This document shows positions 26,369 to 40,644 of a stretch of 64,000 nt of DNA, piece by piece. The notes beneath the pieces are model-generated. The model ran no database searches. It was given only the letters and a program-made list of their open reading frames with translations, and was not told the origin of the DNA. Position 1 is the first letter of the stretch; the number at the start of each line of letters is the position of its first letter. The translations under genes were made by a program, and so were the position numbers. Origin of the DNA: Haliotis rufescens (lineage: Eukaryota); contig NW_025964334.1 in assembly GCF_023055435.1 (NCBI RefSeq), positions 25,668,001-25,732,000 on the forward strand. The letters run 5' to 3'.

Positions 26369-27284
26369 CGATACATTTGAGATATTTCCCGGGGGCCAGT
26401 TCATCATCACGATGGGACAAGGCATACGAGTGACTGAGAGTACGAGCAGCAATCTACACCATACGCATTACAATGACATGCACTCAACCAAGCCAAACAC
26501 CACCCAATTCCCATTTGACTCATACAACAATAATGAGATACTGGGGACCAGAGTTTCCACAGAGTGAGTGAGTGTGATGATACACAGTCAGCAAGGTCAT
26601 GCGTAGCAGACACCCGATCAACATTCTACAAAATATAGTCGGATCATTGACACACACAGGGACAGCCTCTTGACCCTCGCCGAGGGGTGCCTGTTAGCAC
26701 CTGGTGTTCACCATGAGAACAGTACGCGTGTCTTAAAGGGGTATCTACGTATTGGCTTGTAAGTTGAAGTATCCATTTTAGTGGGATCTTAAAAAATATA
26801 TTGGTCTAAACCATGGAAAGCAGGAATTTCTCAGGGCTTAGAAACGATGTACTTTATAAAAATAGTAAGTGGCAATACTTACAAAACGTATGGATAGATT
26901 ATATCGTGTACTATTTCTGTCAGTGAAAACGCCCAACTTTTCACCGATATATTTACTTACTGAGCTTCTGTATATCAACATTGACAGAGTTATGAAACCT
27001 TGACACCGAGGCAAACACTCGGGACCTTTACAACGTCTTTCACATCCAAGTCTTGTCTGCATTACCTGGCACTTGAAGTTGATGTACCACTGACTGTAAT
27101 AAACCCATCCCTAATTCACGAACTATGCGCGTGACAGTATCGGTAGAGTGGGGTGGGTTTTACTCCTCTTACAATAATACACAATATCAAAACCCTTTCC
27201 GTAATCATACGAAAAATGTGCTGGAAGCGGAGTCCGTTGTACGATCCCGACTATATCAAAAGTATGTATTTGTGAATCAAACAT

Positions 27285-27660
27285 CATGCATGCAAAGTCT
27301 AACACATCACTACATATTTGTTCTAACACTTCGCTGCATGCATGGTCTAACACATCACTGCATGCATGGTCTAACACATCACTGTATGCATGGTCTATCA
27401 ATTCACTGTATGCATGGTCTAACACATCACTGCATGCACTGTCTAACATGTCACTGTATGCACGGTCTAACACGTCACTGCATGCATGGTCTATCAAATC
27501 ACTGCATGCACTGTCTAACATCACTGTATGCATGGTCTAACACATCACTGTATGCATGGTCTATCAAATCACTGCATGCATAGTCTAACACGTAACTACA
27601 TGCATGTTCCAACACATCACTGCATGCATGGTCTAACACATCACTGTATGCATGGGGTAA
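27285..27660 (+). repeat. 24-bp tandem repeat TGCATGGTCTAACACATCACTGCA
   Basis: Directly visible. Confidence 0.93.
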
Positions 27661-28614
27661 CACTTTACTGCAAGCCTAGAAACGACCTTTGACTTATAGT
27701 TCGAATATTGCACAATGCACATTCTGTGTGTGACTTGACTTAAGTGCTTTTCCCAGGTCCTTCCTTACGAATATCTTCATTTGAAACACAAACACATTTC
27801 TTTGCTGTGTAAAACAGCCAATTCTAATATTTATCCACACCGAACTGTAATTCATTATGTACAAAGTGTTAAAAATTAATATTTGTTTTTAAAGTTTACA
27901 AATTCAACAAGAGCCTGATATGAAGGCAATATACAAGCCCGGGTCACGTATAAATCTTTGTACAGCAAATCAGTTGACATGGCACACGAAAAAGAATGTA
28001 TAACAAGGATTTGTGAAGAACAAATAATATTTGATTTCTGTCAAGAAGACGCAATTCGCATATTTTCACATTTTAATTGAAGACTTTTAAGTATAACGAG
28101 GACAAAATACAATTATCGTCAACTTATATTAACATGGGTTATTTCTTTTTAAAAAATTAAATCCGTCTTAAAGTATTTTCCCAGCGTTATCGACAAACAG
28201 GTCAAAGTCCTTCCCTGTAACGCCCTAGCGAAAGTGTTACGAAAGTAAGCAAGGCATGTGAATACCCTGTCAGTGTGTATTGATGAACTCCGACGTTCAT
28301 TGCCTGGGTCTGGGTTTACCGACCGTCTACGGCTGCCTCTATATCCATCAATAGATGTTGACACTGACGCGTTGTGAATGTAAACTGTTTTTCTATCTGC
28401 GCTACCGTGGAGTATCTTTTATTTGCTTATCCAGCTTAATGCCGATGTCTATACACCGTCCATACGCGGTTATGTTGAAAGGGACCTAGCGTCATTCGTT
28501 GTTTGGTTATTACAGCGCGCTCGTACCGTTATGTGTGGTCGATAGTTACAGCAGTGGGTTTGCTTGCACCAGAGAATTATTTCATATAGATGCATGCATG
28601 CTCACACATATCCC

Positions 28615-29318
28615 TGCTTCCACGGTCTGACATTTTGCTGTGTGCATGGTCTGACATGTTGCTGTGTGCATGGTCTCCCATATTGCTGTGTGCAAGGTCT
28701 GACATATTGCTGTGTGCAAGGTCTCCCATATTGCTGTATGCACGGTCTGACATATTGCTGTGTGCACGGTCTGACATATTGCTGTGTGCATCGTCTGACA
28801 TATTGCTGTGTGCACGGTCTGACATATTGCTGTGTGCATCGTCTGACATATTGCTGTGTGCATGGTCTGACAAATTGCTGTGTGCACGGTCTGACATATT
28901 GCTGTGTGCACGGTCTCCCATATTGCTGTATGCACGGTCTGACATATTGCTGTGTGCACGGTCTGACATATTGCTGTGTGCACGGTCTCACAGATTGCTG
29001 TGTGTATGTCTCACATATTACTGTGTGCACGGTCTGACATATTGCTGTGTGCACGGTCTGACATATTGCTGTGTGTATGTCTCACATATTGCTGTGTGCA
29101 CGGTCTGACATATTGCTGTGTGCACGGTCTGACATATTGCTGTGTGTATGTCTCACATATTGCTGTGTGCACGGTCTCACATATTGCTGTGTGCACGGTC
29201 TGACATATTGCTGTGTGCACGGTCTCACGGATTGCTGTGTGTATGTCTCACATATTGCTGTGTGCACGGTCTCACATATTGCTGTGTGCACGGTATCACA
29301 TATTGCTGTGTGCACGGC
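28615..29318 (+). repeat. ~24-bp tandem repeat TGCTGTGTGCACGGTCTGACATAT, ~29 units
   Basis: Directly visible. Confidence 0.95.
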
Positions 29319-29694
29319 AGGAGTAAAAAGTACAGTTCTGGAGGCATGAGGGAAGTAACTCTCATAGAGAAGTAGGATTCATGGTTATGGAAAAACTACG
29401 CACTCACAACGTTGTGGGTTCAATTTTAACAATATCTTCATGTCTCCACTGATCTACTTCATCATAAATAATATTACAACCATGTAACTATTACTTTTAA
29501 AAGATTAATTATGAAAAATATTAATAACTTTACACATCTGTATGCCATTCCGTCCAGCCATTGTGTCCCTGCCATAAATATTGTTCAATTCTAGACAATG
29601 CGACATGTGCCAACAAAAGAATGTTCTGCCTTTCCATTCCGTTAATAGTTTAAACATTGATCATGTATGCCACGAAGATTGTGTCTATTTAATG

Positions 29695-29880
29695 TATAAT
29701 CCCGGTTCGCCCCGATTATGTCTCTAGGTCCGTAAGCACCATACCCATACTTGTGGGTTTCACCCAAGTGGTGAACATCTGAGACCCGCATCACTTTCCT
29801 CCCATATTTAGCTGACACGCCGTGATATAACTGGATTACTGTTCACAGAGGCGTTAAACCCAACTCACTCACTCACTCAT
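29695..29880 (+). mobile_element. SINE family D, 3' part
   Basis: Matches the family D body and tail. Confidence 0.8.
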
Positions 29881-30027
29881 GCACTCATTGTCTGTAGCCA
29901 GTAGTCAAGTTCGGATTAGACGAAGCTGATATAACAAGATGAATTTTTATTCTCAGTGGAAATTATCGTGTCAATTTAATAAATATTGTACCCCTTGTTT
30001 CAGAGTTCTAGTTTTGTTTTCATGATA

Positions 30028-30202
30028 CAGTAAACTACGGTTATAACGAACACACTTATAACGAACTGACGGATATAACGAACTTACTTTTTAGTCCGCA
30101 CTATTTGCTGTGGTTATGCTGTATATATGCTTATAACGAACTACGGTTATAACGAACTGAAAATAGTAGTCCCTTTGAGTTCGTTATAACCGTAGTTTAC
30201 TG
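30028..30202. mobile_element. MITE, CAGTAAACTACGG family (inverted relative to 14330)
   Basis: TIRs and TA flanks. Confidence 0.88.
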
Positions 30203-31165
30203 TATGTATATTCCTATTTTAATATAACATATGTATTTAAACTCAAATGTGCCATGTTCTCATTCCTGTTTCTGAAGGTACCACATGCAAATTACAATGT
30301 GTTTCACCTTCTGGAATACACATGTACGCTGTATGACAGTAGGGGTACTTGCAGGTATGCTACAAAAGCTCCTCGCGCCCTCTTGATCCTCTGGCTCAAA
30401 GTTACCTTGTCTAAACTAGTCATAAGGCAACTAAATAGTTTAGGTGCATCGTCAGGATCAGTGACTTGGGTAGTTGCGTGTCACTGTAACCCGACGGCCG
30501 ACTCGGGACGTTGCTCCTCCTATCAATCACGGGTTTGCCTAGTCCCGACTTGATTATTTACAGCCCGGCGTCAAATATCTGCTATATTACTAAGTGAAGT
30601 GCTAAACAACAGACAAACAAGCATCCGATTACTCTCTATATTTTCCTATATTAAAACGAAAACCCAGCTATAGTAAGTATTTAATGTTTTAATACCATTT
30701 TCCTGAGGCAAAGGTGTTAACTGCCTCGGGAGATGCTTACATTGATGTTTTAATATGTTGAAAATAACAAATGATATTTATTATGTTTTAAATGAAGTTT
30801 AACTAATTTCAAATCTGTCTAAAGCCAATTACTCCCATGTCTATACTAAACTTCCTAATCAAATAATGAAATTGACTTTACTGTTGGTGATACCTTCTGC
30901 CCAGCTCGGAGAGAAATATCAGTTCAGGTCAGTCGGTGAATAGTGTAAACTTCCACGAATCTGAAAGACTCACCCTCACAATCAGCGAAAAAACACAACA
31001 TTTATAAAATCATATAATTTTTTCTACATCCAAAATTATTGCATTTTTTTCATACAAGTGGGGCACAGTTAAATGCTTTACCCACGGGCGACAACTACAG
31101 AAAAATGGAGTTTCCCACTTGTCTAGCTGTCTCACCTGAACCATATTATCTTCCCTTCCGGCTAG

Positions 31166-31227
31166 ACCGCCGTCATATAGCTGGAATATTGCTGAGTGCG
31201 GCGATAAACAACAAACCAACCAACCAA
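31166..31227 (+). mobile_element. tail-only (5'-truncated) family A insertion
   Basis: TSD ccttccggctag (31154-31165 and 31228-31239). Confidence 0.85.
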
Positions 31228-31724
31228 CCTTCCGGCTAGCCCTTACTGTAATGCTATAGCTCTAAATGAACCAAGTCTAGATTTTCCCGCAAGTTCTGAA
31301 TTTCCCATCTCATTGGGTCTCCTTTTCAATTTAAATCAAGTTGTTTGTTTCTTACAAAATTCTATATTTAATATTTAAAATTCTATATTTAAGTGTTTAT
31401 CTACCCTCCAACGACACCGTTCATAGTCGCTGACAACAATCCTCCTGTCAACCTTTACCACACATCTCGCCCCACAATTGAGGTATTGCGGCAGTACTTA
31501 AGGAAGATTAAGCAAGACCTTATTCAAATAGTACAGGCCGGCCCAGTAAGCGGGTACCGGATTCCCTGGCTGCGATAAGCCACCCGATCGACACCCTCAC
31601 TGACCTGATATATATAGCAGCGTCCGGGGCGACTTATATAGCCTTATATGGAAACGCATATCATATACATGAGTAGGGCTGTGTTCGAGGCGACAGGTGG
31701 TGTGATCTGTGACCCAATGTGTGC

Positions 31725-31768
<44 letters not shown>

Positions 31769-31964
31769 CACGGGGGTAGCGGAGCACTATGGCAATACAG
31801 TACACGTATATGCATGTACATGTTGAAGTCACGCAGTGCGTCTATATGCATATACTAGCAGATACTTCCTGGTGTATGCCGGCTTCTTGTACCCTAGATG
31901 GATATTCCCCTTCATGTCAAATAGGTATGCTTGGTCAGCTTATATGGGCTAAGCATTTTGCACA

Positions 31965-32362
31965 TGCGTGTGTCACGTTGTGTGACCTGGTGTGTGTCAC
32001 AGTGTGTGACCTGGAGTGTGTCACAGTGTGTGACCTGGATGACTGTTTGTCGCAGTGTGTGACCTGGTGTGTGTCACAGTGTGTGACGTGGTGTGTCACA
32101 GTGTGTGACCTGGAGTGTGTGACAGTGTGTGACCTGGATGACTGTCGCAGTGTGTGACCTGGTGTGTGTGACCAGGATGATCGTGTGTCACAGTGTGTTG
32201 CCTGGTGTGTGTCACAGTGTGTGACGTGGTGTGTGACTTGGGTGATTAGGTGTCGCAGTGAGTGACCTGGTGTGTGACGTGGTGTGTGACGTGGTGTGTG
32301 TCACAGTGTGTGACCTGGATGATTGTGTGTGACAGTGTGTGGCCTGGATGATTGTGTGTGAC
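31965..32362 (+). repeat. ~22-bp GT-rich repeat GTGTGTCACAGTGTGTGACCTG
   Basis: Directly visible. Confidence 0.9.
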
Positions 32363-33324
32363 ATCTGAGACCCGCATCACTTTCCTCCCATATTTAGCTG
32401 ACACGCCGTGATATAACTGGAATACTGTTCACAGGGGCGTTAAACCCAACTTACAACTCACGCACTCATTGTCTGTGGCCAGTAGTCAAGTTCGGATTAG
32501 ACGCAGTCTGATATAACAAGATAAATTCTTATCTCATCAGTGGAAATAATCGTTCTCGTGCACGTGTAGAAGTCTCAAACTTCCTGGGAACATTCCGTAC
32601 GTAACACGACTGGTGATTAAGAAGAAATTCAGACTGACATTATCATTGCGGAGGAGAAATAAGTTTCCGCGCTCGTTCGTATCTCCCCGGAACAAACATC
32701 TCCAGCCGACATAAATCCCATGATGCACTACGAGGATAGCGTTAATGCTGTGGTTATCCTTAATCATCTCATCTCTCATATATCAACACTATTATTGGAT
32801 CCAATATATACACAAAAATATGTTTTAATTCTTACGCGATTTAAGTAATAATCTCCCCCATTCAAGTAGGAGTTGTGAGCAGTGTTATGCAACAGTTAAT
32901 ATCAACAGACAAATATAAATAATTATCAGTGGTATGTGTGTGCGTGCGTGCGTGCGTGCGTGCGTGTGTGCGTGCGTGTACCGCCTCTATCTCTTCATAT
33001 GACATACTGACATTGTCTCAAATATGGCTTGAAACGTTGGTGAACATTTATTTAATTCAACATGGCGTAAATATTCTGTATCTCCACTTCCTGGTGTTAT
33101 ATGCAGCTCAGACAACGGATGCTCTGGACATAACGTCACATGCTTATAGAAAACAACACTGTGACACGAGAAAGCTGCAACACCACGACGTGATGTGTCT
33201 GCGGGCACCACGGATAGAGATTTTACTGGCGCTTCTATTTCTACCGTGATCTATATAACTGCAGCTTAAGTAAACCATCTGATCCTATATTACTTTACAC
33301 GTGGGCATTATCTACTACACAAAG

Positions 33325-34575
33325 AAGTTAAAGAAAACCCGATCCTTTCATATTACTACAGTTACTATCTAGTTAAAGAAAACCCGATCCTTTTATATTA
33401 CTATAGTTAATCTCTAGTAAAAGAAAACCCTATCCTTTCATATTACGATAGTTAATCTCTAGTTAAAGAAAACCCGATCCTTTCATATTACTATAGTTAA
33501 TCTCTAGTTAAAGAAAATCCGATCCTTTCATATTACTACAGTAAATTTCTAGTTAAAGAAAACCCGATCCTTTCATATTACTACAGTAAATCTCTAGTTA
33601 AAGAAAACCCGATCCTTTCATATAACTACAGTAAATCTCTAGTTAAAGAAAACCCGATCCTTTCATATAACTACAGTAAATCTCTAGTTAAAGAAAACCC
33701 GATCCTTTCATATTACTACAGTTAATCTCTAGTTAAAGAAAACCCTATCAATTCATATAACTACAGTTAATCTCTAGTTAAAGAAAACCCTATCCTTTCA
33801 TATTACTACAGTTAATCTCTAGTTTAAGAAAACCCTATCCTTTCATATAACTACAGTTAATCTCTAGTTAAAGAAAATCCTATCCTTTCATATTACTAAA
33901 GTTAATCTCTAGTTAAAGAAAACCCGATCCTTTCATATTACTAAAGTTAATCTCTAGTTAAATAAAACCCTATCCTTTCATATTACTAAAGTTAATCTCT
34001 AGTTAAAGAAAACCCGATCCTTTCATATTACTAAAGTTAATCTCTAGTCAAAGAAAACCCGATCCTTTCATATTACTACAGTTAATCTCTAGTTAAAGAA
34101 AACCCGATCCTTTCATATTACTAAAGTTAATCTCTAGTTAAAGAAAACCCTATCCTTTCATATTACTAAAGTTAATCTCTAGTTAAAGAAAACCCGATCC
34201 TTTCATATTACTAAAGTTAATCTCTAGTTAAAGAAAACCCGATCCTTTCATATTACTACAGTTTCTATCTAGTTAAAGAAAACCCTATCCTTTCATATTA
34301 CTAAAGTTAATCTCTAGTAAAAGAAAACCCGATCCTTTCATATTACTACAATTAATCTCTAGTTAAAGAAAACCCTATCCTTTCATATTACTAAAGTTAA
34401 TCTCTAGTTAAAGAAAACCCTATCCTTTCATATTACTAAAGTTAATCTCTAGTTAAAGAAAACCCTATCCTTTCATATTACTACAGTTACTATCTAGTTA
34501 AAGAAAACCCGATCCTTCCATATTACTATAGTTAATCTCTAGTCAAAGAAAACCCGATCCATTCATAATACTACG
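33325..34575 (+). repeat. 45-bp tandem repeat, ~28 units
   Basis: AGTTAAAGAAAACCCGATCCTTTCATATTACTACAGTTAATCTCT. Confidence 0.97.
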
Positions 34576-34814
34576 GTATGGAGTACAGTCGTCCCATCGA
34601 GACAATATTGAACAAACGAAATCAACAGGCGTCAATCGATTGAATATTTCTTACTTATTAAAAACAATCCTCTCTGAGAAGGTGACCTACTGAAATTGCA
34701 CGGGTAGCATTCAGATCCCATCTTCTCCTGGGTGTATCGGGTGAGATAAAAACGACGCCAATAACACGGTTACTATCCCTCCATGTCGGAAGTGCACTTT
34801 GAGGCAACATGGCC

Positions 34815-35072
34815 TTAAGCCCCTAAGTTGTCTACGGCGCCGCAATTCGCTGTGCAGAGTTGCGTGCTATGGGCATGCCAGAAACCTATGATTCGGGGTT
34901 CGAATCCCGGTTTGCCCTGATTATGTTTCAAGTTTTGTCGGTGGGTTTCACCAAAGTAGTAAACGTCTGAGACCTGCATCACTTCAGGCTTTGCTCCCAC
35001 ATTAAGCTGACACGCCGTAATATAACTGGAATATTGTTCAAATCGGAGTAAAATCCATTTCAATCACTCACT
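34815..35072 (+). mobile_element. SINE family D
   Basis: B-box GGTTCGAATCC, family body and tail. Confidence 0.85.
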
Positions 35073-35294
35073 CCGGCAGAGTGTGCACTTTATAAATACA
35101 GGTCATGAAGTATACCGGTAACATTATGTCACTGTGCCGTTCCATGTGACTCCCATGACCGGGTAATTCCGTTTCTACCCGGACAATACATTGTGTCTAT
35201 CTCATACAGGAATCTGTGTGAGCCCCCATACTAGCTTCTTTGAAAGAGATAATATTAGCTGTGGTACGCATTTAGTCATGCGTGACACACCGGT

Positions 35295-35530
35295 CCCGTG
35301 AAGATTCCGGGTTAGAATAGGTCTTCAGCAAACCCATGCTTGTCGTAAGAGGCAACTAACGGGATCGGGTGGTCAGACTCGCTGACTTGGTTGATGCGTG
35401 TCATCGTATCCCAATTGCGTGGACCGATGCTCATGATGTCAATCACTTGATGGTCTGGTCCTGACTCGATTATGTAGAGACCGCCGTCAAAAAGCTGTAA
35501 TATTGCTGAGAGCGGCGTTAAAAAACCCCA
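35295..35530 (+). mobile_element. SINE family A
   Basis: Full length, with a single hairpin module. Confidence 0.9.
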
Positions 35531-36029
35531 AACTTCTTGGAAAGAGATACTTATAGCTGTATTACGCATACGGTAATGCGTTGTTTAAAACGTGACACAC
35601 CGGTTGCACGAGATTATACAAGAGACCATAACATTATTCTTCGTACGAGGCGGAAGAGATTTGATCGAGTGTCGTGTCTGGTCAAGTAGTGGGTGATATA
35701 ACTGACTCGCTGACAAATACTTCATAACGCACTTACAAGTGGAACACGTCCGCGGTTCATGGCGTTGCGGAAGTCTCGGATCCGGTGGTGTGAGTACCCG
35801 GATGTCATATTGCAATCACACCATGTCGCATTCGTGACCAACTCGTGTCGATCCGGGACAGGTTACGGAAAGGGGCGAGTGGTGACGAATGACCATGTCG
35901 GTGTCCCGACTCGCCATTGCAATCCTTCGACACCTTAATTGTGACAGAGGTCAATATTTTTTGGGATAACAATTTTGACTGAACATGTGGTGCAAGTGAG
36001 TTTGTTCAAAGTGTGGCTCTGTTCCCGGT

Positions 36030-36272
36030 AGGAGTGAGTGAGTGAGTAAGTGAGTATGGTTTTACGTGGCTCTTAGCAATATTCCAGCAATATCACGAAG
36101 TCTTATACGTTACCACTTGTTTGTTTGTTGTTTAACCCCGCACTCAGCAATATTCCAGCTATATGACGGCGGTCTGTAAAATAATCGAGTCTTGACCAGA
36201 CAATTCAGTGATTGACATCACGAGTTTCGATCCACGCAACTGGCATACAATGACATGCATCAACCAAGTCGC
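36030..36272 (-). mobile_element. adjacent family B tail and family A 3' half
   Basis: Similarity to the family tails. Confidence 0.75.
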
Positions 36273-37367
36273 CCAATAAATCTTTCAGGAAGTCGCTGTT
36301 GTGAAACATATTACTGGTTTTGTTTTCATGTTTGTTTTCTCCTTTTACATGGCATAACTATTTTAACTAAATGTGCCATATTCATGATATTCTCATTCCT
36401 GATTTATGAAGGTACCACATACAAAGTACAATTTGTTTTAACTTCTGAGGTACACATGGCTCGTTATGACAGTACAGGTACTTGTATCAATAGGTAGGTA
36501 CGCTACAAAATGTCTTTGCGCCGTGTTATCTTTCAATATATATTTCTTAACATCCTTTCTTAAGCGAGCTCTTTTCATGTAACACATTGTGTTCCGGCAA
36601 GAGAGTTGTCTCCCTTATATTAGAAAGTGCACAGCCGGTCCAGGGCCGAACCACGATACTACACTATTTCGACAAGATAGTTAACCTAAAGTGGGTTCAC
36701 ACGAGGAACATCAGTTTGCAAACTCCAAAATGTTCACCAAATTGTATTTTCACACGACAAATGTGTGTTGTTGTTGTTGTTACTTAGGTCCTAAGTAACT
36801 CAAATGCCAACGCCAATTGTTTGAAGAAAAGCATGTGATATCTACCAGGATCTGGATGTAAGTGATTAACATGGGTATTGCAACCATTCACACTCAAAAT
36901 CCAGTTTGATATCATAAAAATGTTGACCGATTTTATTTGTCGCCAAACGTTTGTTCCATGTTCCATGTTTTGAAACTATAGTTTGTTGTGTGAAGCCTCC
37001 AGACTTGCCAGACAAGTGTTGGTGGGTCGGTCGGGTCACGTGACTATCTCTCTGGCATCTGCGTGGGCGCTGTAGCTCACTTGAATTTTGCTAAAATTGT
37101 ATTTGCTCCATTAACTTATTTTATCTCACGTTTTTAAAGGCTATGGGGACTTGTGGCCTGTATGTTTGGTATATTTTGACAGAGGTGTGATATCTAGTGA
37201 TATGTAGTTGGAGTGGTGTTAAGTTGGTGGTGGTGTTGAGTTGGGGTGGTGTTGAGTTGGGGAGGGGACGTTGGGGGGAAATAAATTATTCTAATCAGGT
37301 AAGGTTAACAAAATCACACATTCAGAAAGAAAACAACTAGATGTACATGTTAATTAACAGTAGAATA

Positions 37368-37373
37368 TTTATT
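37368..37373 (-). terminator. candidate distal poly(A) signal AATAAA
   Basis: AATAAA followed by gttgttttctttctgaatgtgtg. Coincides with the apparent edge of the CpG-poor domain. Confidence 0.35.
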
Positions 37374-38435
37374 CGTAAAAATACATTTAACCTTGATATT
37401 ACAGCTGTTACTGTAACCATGGTAATTGCACTGACTTATCTTAGCAAATTATGCACTTTGAAAAGGTAACAAAATTGGAAGTGATATAAAAACCATCACT
37501 TGTCAAACTTATCAAAACAAATAACAATTAATGGAAGAAAGTTATCAGCAGATAAAATTATCAAAAACCATATGACTAGATCACTAGACCCTACAGAATA
37601 TCAATGTTTTATTTGACTACCAGAATTAAATTGACTTGAAACACAAAGAAGAAAATGACAATTAGCTTCTTAAAAAACAAACTTTTCAGTTATATTTATG
37701 AAAATATAATATTGAGAAATATTTATTTGCAATCAACTCTGACACAAGGAAAATGTGAAAATTGAAAACTAAAAATAACAAATAGACAAAATTAATTTTC
37801 GATAAAAAAAAAATTACATATTATTCACACATCCTTTATCAAGGTCAAGGAGACTTACCATTCATCAAACAAAGATTATTATCATATTCATTCAATATGG
37901 CACAATGTTTGATCATAAATTATAATATAAAAAGAAATAAACTAAATTCATTATAACCAATCATATTAAAGTGAAATGGAATTTATGGTGATCCCTTATA
38001 TGGTGTCCAGTTCAACAAGATTTTCCTATGTATTCAAGTCTAGGCCTGCTAAGACTATGAGGAAGATATTTATGTATCATGTGAAGATAACACTCATGAA
38101 CAATTCACAACCATGTATCAAGTGATCCATAACCAAACTACATCAATAGTTGTTACAGGGATTGGAGGCTACATGTGTAAATCATAGCTTGGGCAGATCA
38201 AGTAGCAGCAACATTGTAGCTACATTTGGTGCTCCACCTGCACGTGATTCATGATATAAGATAATATTCACCCATCAAACAAACAATTACTCTCATCTAC
38301 ACCTAGCATGACAGCAGGATATAGGCACTACCCGGGTAACTCGGACAGATCAGTTGAACTTCCTGTGTTATTTGAACCTACTGTAGTTTATGCAGAAGCT
38401 GACAAGAAATTGTGTCTCGTTTTTTGTTTGGTATA

Positions 38436-38610
38436 CAGTAAACTACGGTTATAACGAACTCAAAGGGACCACTAATTTTATTTTTTTATAACTGTAGTTC
38501 ATTATAAGCAAATGTATGGAATATATACAGCAAAAAGACAGGACCCCAAAAATAGTTTGTTATATCCGTCAGTTCGTTATAAGCATGTTCGTTATAACCG
38601 TAGTTTACTG
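38436..38610. mobile_element. MITE, CAGTAAACTACGG family
   Basis: TIRs and TA flanks. Confidence 0.88.
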
Positions 38611-38971
38611 TATTACTAAGTTAGTGCAGTTTACTAACCTCTACAATATGTTCCTAACCATGTGTTTCTTGTCAGTGCTGGTAACACGCTGACACTCAGG
38701 TATCAGATTCTCAACAATATTCATTACTGGTAGTTCCTACAAATCTATGTTACAAGTTCGCTACCAATTACAAATGAATAAAACTCTGCATGATGCTGTG
38801 AACAAATTCCAGTTGTTTAATTCATACTTTGTCATTTCCAAAACATGCAAACAGTGCAAAAAGCTCTACTTATTTCTCATTTAGCATGTCAATGTTGAAC
38901 ATTCCCAAATATAACCTACGATCATTAGAACTTGCAAAGACTACCAGTAAATGGGACAAAAGCAAGTCTAT

Positions 38972-39071
38972 CAGAGCGCCGTTCCACAAAGCAATCTTAG
39001 CGCTAAGACGATCGACCTTGACATACTTACAATAATCATAGCGCTAAGATCCCTTTGTGCAATGGGCCCAG
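38972..39071. mobile_element. short palindromic MITE
   Basis: cacaaagcaatcttagcgcta ... tagcgctaagatccctttgtg inverted repeat. Confidence 0.6.
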
Positions 39072-39919
39072 ATATGCTAATATCAAATGCATTCTAACAT
39101 GACCTAGTTTAGTCTATTAACAAAATTAAAAAAAATTGTAAATCTTTAATGTGAAAAAAATAAAACTTGTACCCATACTACTATCACACTGTTTCAATGC
39201 TTAACACAAAATTTGAATTTGAAAGTGTGATCATCATATGTTAACATAAAATTATTTCCTTGTATAATAAAGTTTTGTTACCATGGTGACAAATAATATT
39301 CTTATTTCTGGTTATAATGAAACTGTATGCAGAATATGTCCTTATGATAAAGTATATAGAACACACAATATGTAGACATGTTTTATATCAACTTATGAAA
39401 ATTAAGGAATAAATCTAAAAATGTTTAAAAAAATCATCAACCAACTTTTGTTATGATTTATAGCACTATATTGTCAGATGAGTACCGTTTTGGTATTAAG
39501 TCTATATACTGCTATAAATACATGTGTATATTATAATTAATTGATATAAATTTTACACATGAACAACATTTTTTAAAACAATTTTTTACACACAAGGAAT
39601 GCAAGGTAGAGCCATAGTCTCTGTAGCTCACTTGAATTTTGTATTTTTAGTAAAATGTTTCGCTTTTAAGAATCATACTGGAAAAAAACATTCAAAACTC
39701 AAAATATGCCAGAAGAAATATATGTCCCTGTATTATGGGCACATTCACTGTTTATCACCCACAAAAACAACAGCTTCATAAAAATTGATTCATAACTTGA
39801 TCTATGGCTGATTTTCACAGAAGCGCCAAATCTAAAAATGCTAATTCATGTAGCATATTATGTTATTGTAGACATACTTTTGGACCAACGCTGCTTTCAG
39901 AGAAGATGTTAAAAGTTAA

Positions 39920-40172
39920 GTAGTGAGTTCGGCTTTATCAGTATTCCAGTTATATCATGCCATGTCAGCTTAATGTGGGAGGAAAGCCCGACGTGATGCA
40001 GGTCTCACACGTTTACCACTTCGGTGAAACCCACAAACACGGGGATGGTGCTGCAAACCTAGAAACATAATTTGGGCGAACCAGGATACGAACCCACAAT
40101 CATAGATTTCTGGCGTGCCCAAGGGACACAACTCTGTACAGTGAACTCAGCACCTTAGACATCTTGGACAAC
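39920..40172 (-). mobile_element. SINE family D
   Basis: Reverse similarity to family D. Confidence 0.85.
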
Positions 40173-40644
40173 TGGATTGAGGAGGGACAACATACCAAGA
40201 CAAAAACTCACATGAAAATCTCGTTCAGGTGAGCTGGAAATAGAGTTTTACATTTCCTAAAAACTTCTTATTTGTCCAGACATATGTCGGTGTGAAACAA
40301 GAAACAGATGCAATTTATTCAATAATTCTTGGGTAACGAGAAAACTATCTTGAGAGTCAAAATGGATTAGGAAAAAGATGTCCCCCTGTCCCCATGTCTG
40401 TGTCCTGTCTCAGGTGATTCCTGGAACAAGCTTAATGAGGGACAGAATTGCAGAAAGGGGCGACTACCACACTGCAGGGATTTTGTCGGTTAAAGCTTAC
40501 AAAAGTATAAAAATCCACAAAAAACATGGCACTGACTATTCTAGTGTAAAGATACAAGAGTATAACTGATTCCTCTAATAAATGCCCTGGCGATCTGAGT
40601 TCTCATTACAAACTGGGTCCTGTGCACTGAACAACTGTAGAGGT

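Noticed and set aside
28564-29375. Cys/His-rich metallothionein- or keratin-like ORFs (CCVHGLTY)n
   Set aside because: 24-bp minisatellite open in several frames on both strands, with 23-bp units that break frame.
37034-37043. GTCACGTGAC E-box (also near 23800) as a promoter
   Set aside because: No linked first exon identified, and a lone motif is not enough.
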